A stretch of DNA of 26,965 bases from Candidatus Latescibacterota bacterium (GTDB lineage Bacteria > Eisenbacteria > RBG-16-71-46 > SZUA-252), in contig JACQPZ010000059.1 in NCBI GenBank assembly GCA_016207265.1, forward strand, positions 1-26,965. The letters run 5' to 3'. This document shows positions 1 through 6,944 of the stretch, in pieces. The notes beneath the pieces are model-generated. The model had not been told where the DNA came from, ran no database searches, and saw nothing but the letters and a program-made list of their open reading frames with translations. Position 1 is the first letter of the stretch. Every line of letters starts with the position of its first letter. The translations under genes and the position numbers were made by a program.

Positions 1-869
1 CCCGGCAGCGGCCTCGGGTCGGTATCCGAGGCCAGCGTGATCGTATCGCCGACCTTGGCATCGGAAACAACCTTCACGTTCGCGATCACGTAGCCGACGT
101 CTCCCGCCCAGAGCTCCTCGCGCGGCTCGAGGCCCAGGCGGAGCACCCCGACCTCGAGGGCGTCATAGCTCTTGCCCGTGGAGAGAAACCGCACGGACTC
201 GCCTGCCCGGATCACGCCGCGCACCACGCGCACGTAGACGATGACGCCGCGGAACTGGTCGAACACGGAATCGAAGATGAGCGCCTGGAGCGACTCGTCG
301 CTCATGTCCTTGGGCGGAGGCACCCGCGCGATGACGGCCTCGAGAAGGTCGTCGATGCCGCGCCCCTCCTTGGCCGAGACGCGGAGCACGTCCTCGGGCT
401 CGACGTGGAGGAGCTGGGCGACCTCGAGCGACACGTCGTCGGTGCGCGCCGCCGGAAGATCGATCTTGTTCAGCACCGGAACGATCGCGAGGTGCTGATC
501 CTGCGCGAGAAAGAGGTTCGACAGGGTCTGCGCCTCGATCCCCTGCGAGGCGTCCACCACGAGGATGGCTCCCTCGCACGCGGCGAGGCTGCGGGAGACC
601 TCGTACGTGAAGTCCACGTGACCGGGGGTGTCGATGAGGTTGAGCTGGTAGGTCCTCCCGTCGCGCGCGCGGTACTCCATGGCGATGGCGTGGGACTTGA
701 TCGTGATGCCCCGCTCCCGCTCGAGATCCATGTTGTCCAGCACCTGCTCCATCATCTTGCCGCGGGGGACGGCGCCCGTGATCTCGAGCAGGCGGTCGGC
801 GAGCGTGGACTTTCCATGGTCGATGTGCGCGATGATGCAAAAGTTCCGGACGAGGGATCGCGGGATCAT
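1..869 (-). CDS. lepA: Elongation factor 4 (LepA), N-terminal G domain; gene runs off the window start
   Basis: Translated by hand, as it is absent from the ORF track (no stop in the window): MIPRSLVRNFCIIAHIDHGKSTLADRLLE...DLERERGITIK...YQLNLIDTPGHVDFTYEVSRSLAACEGAILVVDASQGIEAQT...VLNKIDLP, the LepA signature motifs. ATG at 869-867. Confidence 0.97.
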   Translation of the reverse strand, partial: MIPRSLVRNFCIIAHIDHGKSTLADRLLEITGAVPRGKMMEQVLDNMDLERERGITIKSHAIAMEYRARDGRTYQLNLIDTPGHVDFTYEVSRSLAACEGAILVVDASQGIEAQTLSNLFLAQDQHLAIVPVLNKIDLPAARTDDVSLEVAQLLHVEPEDVLRVSAKEGRGIDDLLEAVIARVPPPKDMSDESLQALIFDSVFDQFRGVIVYVRVVRGVIRAGESVRFLSTGKSYDALEVGVLRLGLEPREELWAGDVGYVIANVKVVSDAKVGDTITLASDTDPRPLP

Positions 870-885
870 GGGATCATGGGATCAT
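854..885 (-). repeat. 8-bp tandem repeat (ATGATCCC)x3 plus degenerate GCGATCCC, spanning the lepA start; an extra copy lies at 903-910
   Basis: Plus strand reads gggatcgc gggatcat gggatcat gggatcat (854-885) and gggatcat (903-910). Confidence 0.95.
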
Positions 886-920
886 GGGCGGCCGATCAGA
901 GCGGGATCATGGTCGACGGG

Positions 921-1550
921 TCAGAATCGGGCCCGGACGGCGAGCGTGAGCCTCGGTTCCCCCTCGCCGGGCGCGGCCGCGTCGGGCGGGCCGAAGTCCG
1001 CCTCGAAGGTCGCGAGATGCGCGTCCACGTACGCGTCGATCATGTTCAGCATGTGAGCCGCCACGCCCCACCAGATCCAGTTGACCTTGCGGTTCAAGTG
1101 CACGTTCCGGTCATTCTCCGCGGCGAGGACCGCGGGGTCGAGATCCGGATACGGATCCCCGCGATCGATGGCCGCCTGGTACGCCTCATCGTGCCGATCC
1201 AAGGCGTCCTTCTCCTTCTCGAACTCGCTCCACGCCTTGTACGCAAGGAACCCCTCGCCGGCCACGACGGCCAGCGACTTCACGTACTTGCGATTCGCGG
1301 CTTGCCCCCAGCCGGGGATCGCGGCGGAGCGAAGCATCACGCTGAACGGACGCGGCCCGTGCGGGATTGAGTCCGGCCGGGAACCCCCGATCGCGCCCAC
1401 GGGCGGACCGTCCGCGGACGGACCACCGACGAAGGAAACGCCCGCGGCGGCCGATTGGGACGCGAGGAGCAAACAGGCCACGAATGCGACCGCGCTACTC
1501 TTTCGTGAAGAAATGGGCGATCGCCAGGAACAGAAGAAGCACCCCGCCAA
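921..1550 (-). CDS. DUF5683-like membrane/exported protein (start uncertain: TTG 1550 or GTG 1481)
   Basis: Motif SAAIPGWGQAANRKYVK...RxxxxW...NMIDAYVDAHL resembles DUF5683; signal-peptide-like N-terminus (VACLLLASQSAAA). Confidence 0.7.
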   Translation of the reverse strand: MAGCFFCSWRSPISSRKSSAVAFVACLLLASQSAAAGVSFVGGPSADGPPVGAIGGSRPDSIPHGPRPFSVMLRSAAIPGWGQAANRKYVKSLAVVAGEGFLAYKAWSEFEKEKDALDRHDEAYQAAIDRGDPYPDLDPAVLAAENDRNVHLNRKVNWIWWGVAAHMLNMIDAYVDAHLATFEADFGPPDAAAPGEGEPRLTLAVRARF

Positions 1551-1770
1551 ATCCGTACACTCCGATCACGACGCCCCGCGTGAACTCAGGGCCGAGGGTA
1601 GAGTTCTGCAGCAGGTATTCGAGCCCCTGCCCGAGCGCGATGATCAGGGCCAAAAGGAGCACGAAGGACCATTTCCGGACGAGCGCCACGATCGCGATCG
1701 TGACGACGATCACGATGACGCGGGGATCGTTCCAATTCAGCGTAACGAGGGAGTTCCACAATTCTTCCAT
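1495..1770 (-). CDS. Small hypothetical membrane protein, about 3 TM helices, 91 aa
   Basis: Strong SD (GGAGGT) ahead of the ATG; three hydrophobic segments; sits between tRNA-Sec and the DUF5683-like gene. Confidence 0.8.
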   Translation of the reverse strand: MEELWNSLVTLNWNDPRVIVIVVTIAIVALVRKWSFVLLLALIIALGQGLEYLLQNSTLGPEFTRGVVIGVYGFGGVLLLFLAIAHFFTKE

Positions 1771-1793
1771 GGTCCACCTCCCGTCCGTAAGGG

Positions 1794-1891
1794 TGGCGGG
1801 AACGTGTGGGAATCGAACCCACCTCGGACGTTTCTAGCGCCCGACATAAGGATTTGAAGTCCTCGGAGTCCACCAGAACCCATCCGTCCCC
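1794..1891 (-). tRNA. selC: tRNA-Sec (anticodon UCA), 98 nt with encoded CCA
   Basis: GGGGACGG-AU-GGGUUC UGGU GGACUC (6-bp D stem, 4-nt loop)-C-GAGGA CUUCAAA UCCUU, long variable arm UCGGGCG/CGUCCGA, then GUGGG UUCGAUU CCCAC-ACGUUCCC-GCCA. These are hallmark tRNA-Sec features. Confidence 0.97.
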
Positions 1892-1901
1892 GATCCCGGC
1901 G

Positions 1902-2960
1902 TCAGGCGACGACCTCGAGATATTGCTTCTTCTTCGCCGTCACCTCCCCGACGACGGCGCCGCGGACCCCGGCCCGGCGCAGGCGGCCGAGGAGCCCGTT
2001 CACGCGGGAGGCGGGGAGCGCGATCAGGAGCCCGCCCGAGGTTTGCGGATCGACGAGCGCCTGCCGCGTGGGCTCCGCGACGCCCTCCCCCCACGCGACG
2101 TGGGGCTCCACCGCGGCGGCGTTCGCCTGAAGCCCCGCCGACGCCACGCCGCGCCCGACCAGCTCGATGGTCTGCGGCAAGAGCGGCACCGCGGCGCTGA
2201 AGAAGCGGAGCGCCGCTCGGCTCGCCCGCGCTATGTTGAGCGCGTGCCCCAGGAGGCCGAACCCCGTGACGTCGGTCGCCGCGTGCGCCGACGACGCCTT
2301 CATCGCGGCAGCGGCGGCCCGGTTCAGCGCCTTCATCTGGGCCGTCATCGCGCGGAGCGGAGCGTCCGGCAGGAGTCCGCGCTTGAGCGCCGTCGCGAGG
2401 ATGCCCGTCCCGAGCGGCTTCGTGAGGACGAGGAGGTCCCCCTTCTTCGCGCCCGCGTTCGTCACGATCTTCTTCGGATCGATCTCGCCCGTCACGGCGT
2501 ATCCGAACTTGATCTCGGGATCGCGCACGGAATGTCCACCGAGGAGCGTCACGCCGGCTTCCTTGAGCTTCGCCGCGCCGCCCCGCACGATCCGGCGCAG
2601 GATCTCGAGATCCCCCGTCTCGGAGGGGAAGCAGACGATCGAGAGCGCGAGCGTCGGCTTCCCGCCCATCGCGTAGATGTCGCTCAGCGCGTTCGACGCC
2701 GCGATCGCCCCGTAATCGGCGGGATCGTCCACGACGGGCGTGATGAAATCGACGGTCTGCGCCACGGCGAGCTTCGGCCCGACGCGGTAGACGCCCGCGT
2801 CGTCCCACGACTCGGGACTCACGAGGAGCCGGCGCGATCGCGGGACGGACGGAAGCGCCCCCAGAACCCGTCTCAGGTCCTCCGGACCCATTTTCGAAGC
2901 TCAGCCCGCGCACGCGACCTGCTCCGTGAGTCGCAGGATGTCCTTGCGGGTGTGATTCAC
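1902..2960 (-). CDS. selD: Selenide, water dikinase (selenophosphate synthetase), Sec-containing (U20), 352 aa
   Basis: GTG at 2960 gives MNHTRKDILRLTEQVACAG-UGA(2903-2901)-ASKMGPEDL, in frame with ORF 1902..2891, which has DDAGVY, QTVDF, NALSDIYAMGG, GGHS, TDVTGFGLLGH and DPQTSGGLL. UGA sits at the catalytic Cys/Sec position with Lys at +3. Confidence 0.95.
2875..2889 (-). promoter_or_regulatory. Bacterial SECIS-like hairpin of selD
   Basis: mRNA reads UGA-GCUUCGAAAAU (11 nt)-GGGUCC GGA GGACCU: a stem-loop with a G-containing apical loop at the spacing expected for a bacterial SECIS. Confidence 0.75.
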
Positions 2961-3361
2961 GGGATGAGAGCCCAGGCCTCGATCTCGACCCTCGCGCCCA
3001 GCGGGAGCCCGGCCGCGGCCACGGTGCTTCGCGCGGGCTTCGGATCCGGGAAGTGCCGGGCGTAGACCTCGTTCATCGCCTTGAACTCGGACATGTCGGC
3101 GAGGTAGACGGTCGTCTTCACCACGTCCTGGAGCGAAGCGTGCGCCGCGGTCAGGATCGCCTGGAGATTGCGGAGCGCCTGCTCGGTCTCGGCCGAGACG
3201 CCTCCCGGAACGAGCTTCCCGGTCGGCGGGTCGAGTCCGACCTGGCCGGACGTGACGATCCACCGCCCGGCGAGCGTGCCGGTCCGGCCCTGGGCGTACG
3301 GGCCGATCGCCGCCGGAGCGTGGGGCGTGCTTACGACCGGGCCCTGGCGGTCGCCGCTCAC
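2957..3361 (-). CDS. ridA: RidA/YjgF/UK114 family reactive enamine/imine deaminase
   Basis: APAAIGPYAQ, SGQV, VVKTTVYLADM, MNEVY, PARS (catalytic Arg), LP.GARVEIEA. GTGA overlaps with glmS and selD. Confidence 0.92.
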   Translation of the reverse strand: MSGDRQGPVVSTPHAPAAIGPYAQGRTGTLAGRWIVTSGQVGLDPPTGKLVPGGVSAETEQALRNLQAILTAAHASLQDVVKTTVYLADMSEFKAMNEVYARHFPDPKPARSTVAAAGLPLGARVEIEAWALIP

Positions 3362-5184
3362 TCGACGGTGACGCTCTTCGCGAGGTTGCGGGGTTGATCC
3401 ACGTCGCAGCCCCGCTCCACCGCGATGTAGTAGGCGAGGAGCTGAAGGGGCACGACCGAGAGTAGCGGCGTGAGCGGACCGAGGGCGCGCGGAATGTGGA
3501 TCACGTGGTCCGCTTTCGTCGCTACGTGATCGTCCCCTTCCGACGCGATGGCGATGATCCTGCCGCGCCTCGCGCGGACCTCCTCCATGTTGCTCAGGAC
3601 CTTTTCGTAGGCCGAGTCCTGCGTGCAGATGAAGACGACCGGCATGTTCTCGTCGATCAACGCGATCGGCCCGTGCTTCATCTCGGCCGCGGGATAGCCT
3701 TCGGCGTGGATGTACGAGATCTCCTTCAGCTTCAGGGCCCCCTCCAGCGCCACGGGGAAATTGTAGCCCCGGCCCAGGTAGAGGAAATTGTTGTGGTGCG
3801 CGTACGCGCGCGCGATGGAGCGGATCTTCTCCGCGTCGGCGAGAATCCCCTCGATCCGCTCCGGAATCGAGCCGAGGTCCCGGGCGAGCGCCGCCCCCAT
3901 CTCGGGCGAAAGCTCGCCCAGGCGGCCCAGGTAGAGCGTCAGGAGGGCGAGCGCCGCGACCTGCGACGTGAAGGCCTTGGTGGACGCCACGCCGATCTCG
4001 GGGCCGGCGTGGATGTAGACGCCGCCGTCCGATTCGCGCGCGATCGTGCTCCCGACGACGTTGCAGACGCCGAGTACGCGCGCGCCCTTCCGCTTTGCTT
4101 CCCGCATCGCGGCGAGCGTGTCCGCGGTCTCGCCCGATTGGCTGATCGCGATCACGACCGTGCCCGGCTCCAAGATCGGATTCCGGTACCGGAACTCCGA
4201 CGCGTACTCCACCTCCACGGGAACCCGGGCCAGCTCCTCGATCAGGTATTCCCCGATCATCGCGGCGTGCCAGGAGGTTCCGCAGGCCGTGATGACGACG
4301 CGGCTGATGGACCGCAGCTCGGCGGGAGTCATGTTCAGACCGCCCAGCCGGGCGGTCCCCTCGTCGAGGAGAAGCCTCCCGCGAAGCGTGTTCCGGAGCG
4401 ACTGGGGCTGCTCGAAGATCTCCTTGAGCATGAAGTGCGGGTATCCCGCCTTCTCGATCTTCTCGAGATCCCAGTCCACGGTTTCGATCCGTTTCGAGAC
4501 GGTCTCTTCCCGGATCGTCGTCGTGTGGATCCCCGCGGGCGTGAGGACCACCATCTCCTCGTCGTCCAGGTATACGACCTGGTTCGTGTGGCGGATGATC
4601 GCGGACACGTCGGATGCGAGGATGTACTCGGAGTCGCAGATCCCGACGACGAGCGGGCTCCCGTGGCGGGCGCCGACGATCTTCGCGGGGTCGTCGCGGG
4701 AGATCACGGCGATCCCGTAGGTCCCGGTCAGATGGCGGACGGCCGCCGCCACCGCCCGCTCCAGATTCCCGTCGAAGTACTTCTCAATCAGGTGGGCGAT
4801 GATCTCCGTGTCGGTGTCCGTCGTGAACCGGTGCCCCTCCTGCTCGAGCTTCTGCTTCAGCGTGGTGTAATTTTCGATGATCCCGTTGTGGACGACCGCG
4901 ATTACCCCCTTGCAGTCGGTGTGCGGGTGCGCGTTCACCGTCGTGGGCTCGCCGTGCGTCGCCCATCGCGTATGGGCGATCCCCAGCGTGCCGCGGGGAG
5001 CCGACGCGGCGAGGAGCTGCTCGAGGACCGCGATCTTCCCGGCGGATTTTTCCACGATGAGCCCGCGGCCGTTCAGGATCGCGACCCCGGCGGAATCGTA
5101 GCCGCGATACTCGAGCCGCCTCAACCCTTCGAGAAGGATGGGAAGCGACTCCTGCGATCCCACGTATCCTACGATGCCGCACAT
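3358..5184 (-). CDS. glmS: Glutamine--fructose-6-phosphate aminotransferase (isomerizing)
   Basis: MCGIVGY start, LEYRGYDSAG, AHTRWATHG, HNGIIENY, SQSGETADT, EIGVASTKAFT, C-terminal DQPRNLAKSVTVE; SD GGAGGG. Confidence 0.99.
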   Translation of the reverse strand: MCGIVGYVGSQESLPILLEGLRRLEYRGYDSAGVAILNGRGLIVEKSAGKIAVLEQLLAASAPRGTLGIAHTRWATHGEPTTVNAHPHTDCKGVIAVVHNGIIENYTTLKQKLEQEGHRFTTDTDTEIIAHLIEKYFDGNLERAVAAAVRHLTGTYGIAVISRDDPAKIVGARHGSPLVVGICDSEYILASDVSAIIRHTNQVVYLDDEEMVVLTPAGIHTTTIREETVSKRIETVDWDLEKIEKAGYPHFMLKEIFEQPQSLRNTLRGRLLLDEGTARLGGLNMTPAELRSISRVVITACGTSWHAAMIGEYLIEELARVPVEVEYASEFRYRNPILEPGTVVIAISQSGETADTLAAMREAKRKGARVLGVCNVVGSTIARESDGGVYIHAGPEIGVASTKAFTSQVAALALLTLYLGRLGELSPEMGAALARDLGSIPERIEGILADAEKIRSIARAYAHHNNFLYLGRGYNFPVALEGALKLKEISYIHAEGYPAAEMKHGPIALIDENMPVVFICTQDSAYEKVLSNMEEVRARRGRIIAIASEGDDHVATKADHVIHIPRALGPLTPLLSVVPLQLLAYYIAVERGCDVDQPRNLAKSVTVE

Positions 5185-5202
5185 GGGGAAACCCTCCCGG
5201 CG

Positions 5203-6657
5203 TTACCGCGCCCGGACGCGCGCCTGCGACCGCTCGACCGCATCCACGGCGGAGCGCACGAGGCCCTCCGCGCGCTCCCGGCTCAAGGCCTCGGCGAGGA
5301 TCCGGACGACGGGCTCGGTGCCCGAGGCCCGGACATGAACCCAGCAATCTTCCCAGAGGTACTTTTCCCCGTCCAGCAGATTGCGCTCGGCGTCCGGGAA
5401 GGCCGCCCGAAGCTCCTCCCCCAACGCGTTCCAGTCCGAGACGCGAAGCTCCAGCTTCCGCTTCACCATCACGAGCGCCGGCAATTCGGCCACGCGGGCG
5501 CTCAGCGGGCGCGGGTCGCGCGAGAGCCAGTCGATCGTGATCGCCGCCGCCAGAACCGCGTCCCGGGTCGTATGGAGCGCAGGGTAGATCACGCCGCCGT
5601 TTCCCTCCCCGCCGACGACGCCTCCGAAGGCCCGCAGCCCCTCGGCCACGTGCGCTTCTCCGATCCTCGTTCGATGCACGGGGACGCCGTAGCGGCGCGC
5701 GATCCCCTCGACGCCGCCCGAGGTCGACGCGTTCACGACGACCGGCCCGGGCGCCCGGGCCAGCGCCCAGTCGACCGCGATCTGAAGCGTACGCTCCTCC
5801 CCGATCGGATTGCCGCGCTCGTCCACGATGGCGAGGCGGTCGGCGTCCGGGTCGTTCGCGAACCCGATCGAAGCGCCGCTTACGCGTACCCGCTGGCCGA
5901 GCGCGCCCAGGTTCTCCGGCAGGGGCTCCGCCACGCGCGGGAAGCGCCCGTTCGGCTCGCAATAGAGCCGCTCCACCTCGCAGCCGAGCGACTCGAGGAG
6001 GGCTGGCGTCGCGATCGATCCGGCCCCGTTCACCGCGTCCACGACCACGCGGAAGCGGCTGTGGCCGATGCGCGCGCGGTCGAGGCCCTCGAGCGCGAGG
6101 ATCGCGTCGCGATGGCGGCGGATCGCGTCGTCGTCCTCCCGGATCGCGCCGGCGCCGTCGTGCGCGGCCCACGCCGCGACCCCCGCGCGCGCGCGGCGCG
6201 CCACCTCTTCGGCCTGCCTGGGCTCGAGGAACGTCCCTCCCGGCCCGAAGAGCTTGAGGGCGTTCCAGGGCGCGGGATTGTGGCTCGCGGTGATCGCGAT
6301 CCCTCCCGAGGCGCCGTGGTGGCGGATCGCGAAGAGAATCGTGGGCGTGGGCGCGATGCCGACGTCGACGACGTCCCGTCCCGAGGCGAGAAGCGCGGCC
6401 TGGGCAAGGCGCGACACCCAGGCGCCGCTGGGACGCGTATCGCGCCCGATCACGACGGGGCCCGAGCCGAGGAAGGACGCATGCGCGGCGGCGACGCGGA
6501 GGATGACTTCGGGCGTGAACGTCCGCCCCACGATTCCGCGCACGCCGGAGGCGCTGACCATGAGGCCATGGAGCGGGTCGGGCGCCGGAGCGCCTTTCCC
6601 CGGCGCTCCCGCCGCGTCCCCCGGGCGGGGGGTCGGCCGATCGTGATCTCTGGTCAT
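5203..6657 (-). CDS. glmM: Phosphoglucosamine mutase / alpha-D-phosphohexomutase (start uncertain)
   Basis: SGVRG, GRDTR, ITASHNP (phospho-Ser), DPDADR metal loop, GGEGNGG, VRASGTEP; directly upstream of glmS. Confidence 0.85.
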   Translation of the reverse strand: MTRDHDRPTPRPGDAAGAPGKGAPAPDPLHGLMVSASGVRGIVGRTFTPEVILRVAAAHASFLGSGPVVIGRDTRPSGAWVSRLAQAALLASGRDVVDVGIAPTPTILFAIRHHGASGGIAITASHNPAPWNALKLFGPGGTFLEPRQAEEVARRARAGVAAWAAHDGAGAIREDDDAIRRHRDAILALEGLDRARIGHSRFRVVVDAVNGAGSIATPALLESLGCEVERLYCEPNGRFPRVAEPLPENLGALGQRVRVSGASIGFANDPDADRLAIVDERGNPIGEERTLQIAVDWALARAPGPVVVNASTSGGVEGIARRYGVPVHRTRIGEAHVAEGLRAFGGVVGGEGNGGVIYPALHTTRDAVLAAAITIDWLSRDPRPLSARVAELPALVMVKRKLELRVSDWNALGEELRAAFPDAERNLLDGEKYLWEDCWVHVRASGTEPVVRILAEALSRERAEGLVRSAVDAVERSQARVRAR

Positions 6658-6695
6658 GATGTGCGACCGTTGGTGCGGGTCGGTCGTCCCGAAAG

Positions 6696-6771
6696 TGGAG
6701 CTGGTGAGCGGAATCGAACCGCTGACCTACGCATTACGAGTGCGTTGCTCTACCAGCTGAGCTACACCAGC
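6696..6771 (-). tRNA. tRNA-Thr (CGT)
   Basis: GCTGGTG-TAGCTCAGCTGGTAGAGC-A-ACGCA CTCGTAA TGCGT-AGGTC-AGCGG TTCGATT CCGCT-CACCAGC-T-CCA. Confidence 0.97.
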
Positions 6772-6824
6772 TTGATCGACGGAAGCCGCGGCGTCCCGCG
6801 GTGGGCGGATCCGGCGCAAATGAA

Positions 6825-6900
6825 TGGTGCGACCCCGCAGAATCGAACTGCGGACACCCACGTTTTCAGCGTGGTGCTCTACCAACTGAGCTAGGGTCGC
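6825..6900 (-). tRNA. tRNA-Phe (GAA)
   Basis: GCGACCC-TAGCTCAGTTGGTAGAGC-A-CCACG CTGAAAA CGTGG-GTGTC-CGCAG TTCGATT CTGCG-GGGTCGC-A-CCA. Confidence 0.97.
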
Positions 6901-6911
6901 GCCAAGCGTAG

Positions 6912-6941
6912 AAACTACCACGGCGGGCCCGCGACGGTCAA
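6912..6941 (-). promoter_or_regulatory. Putative sigma70 promoter for tRNA-Phe/tRNA-Thr and downstream genes
   Basis: TTGACC-18 nt-TAGTTT with extended -10 TG, ending 11 nt before tRNA-Phe. Confidence 0.7.
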
Positions 6942-6944
6942 CGC

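Noticed and set aside
163-840. Track ORF 163..840 (-) as a gene
   Set aside because: Off-frame to lepA, whose true frame starts at 869 and has all the GTPase motifs.
854-885. CRISPR array or classical phase-variation frameshift tract
   Set aside because: Units are 8 bp with no spacers, and the last ATG stays in frame whatever the copy number, so lepA cannot be switched off by frameshift.
1771-1891. Integrative element at selC, tRNA-Phe or tRNA-Thr
   Set aside because: No integrase, no duplicated tRNA 3' end, and no compositional shift downstream of any tRNA.
1794-1891. G.A mismatch at the base of the tRNA-Sec acceptor stem as a novel fold
   Set aside because: All other Sec features are canonical for an 8/5 fold. 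One terminal mismatch is within ordinary variation and I cannot show it is special.
2901-3263. Track ORF 2901..3263 (-) as a separate gene
   Set aside because: Its 3' end is the selD N-terminus ending at the Sec UGA; the rest is an off-frame overlap of ridA.
5185-5202. glmS ribozyme upstream of glmS
   Set aside because: Only 18 nt separate glmM and glmS, which leaves no room.
3496-6894. 1132-aa plus-strand ORF and other long alternate-frame ORFs (e.g. 405..1370, 1806..3065, 7086..9152, 12161..14299, 18026..19597, 24342..26522)
   Set aside because: They are antisense or off-frame shadows of well-conserved genes, stop-poor because of high GC. They are R/G/A/P-rich with no motifs, and the longest even runs across tRNA genes.
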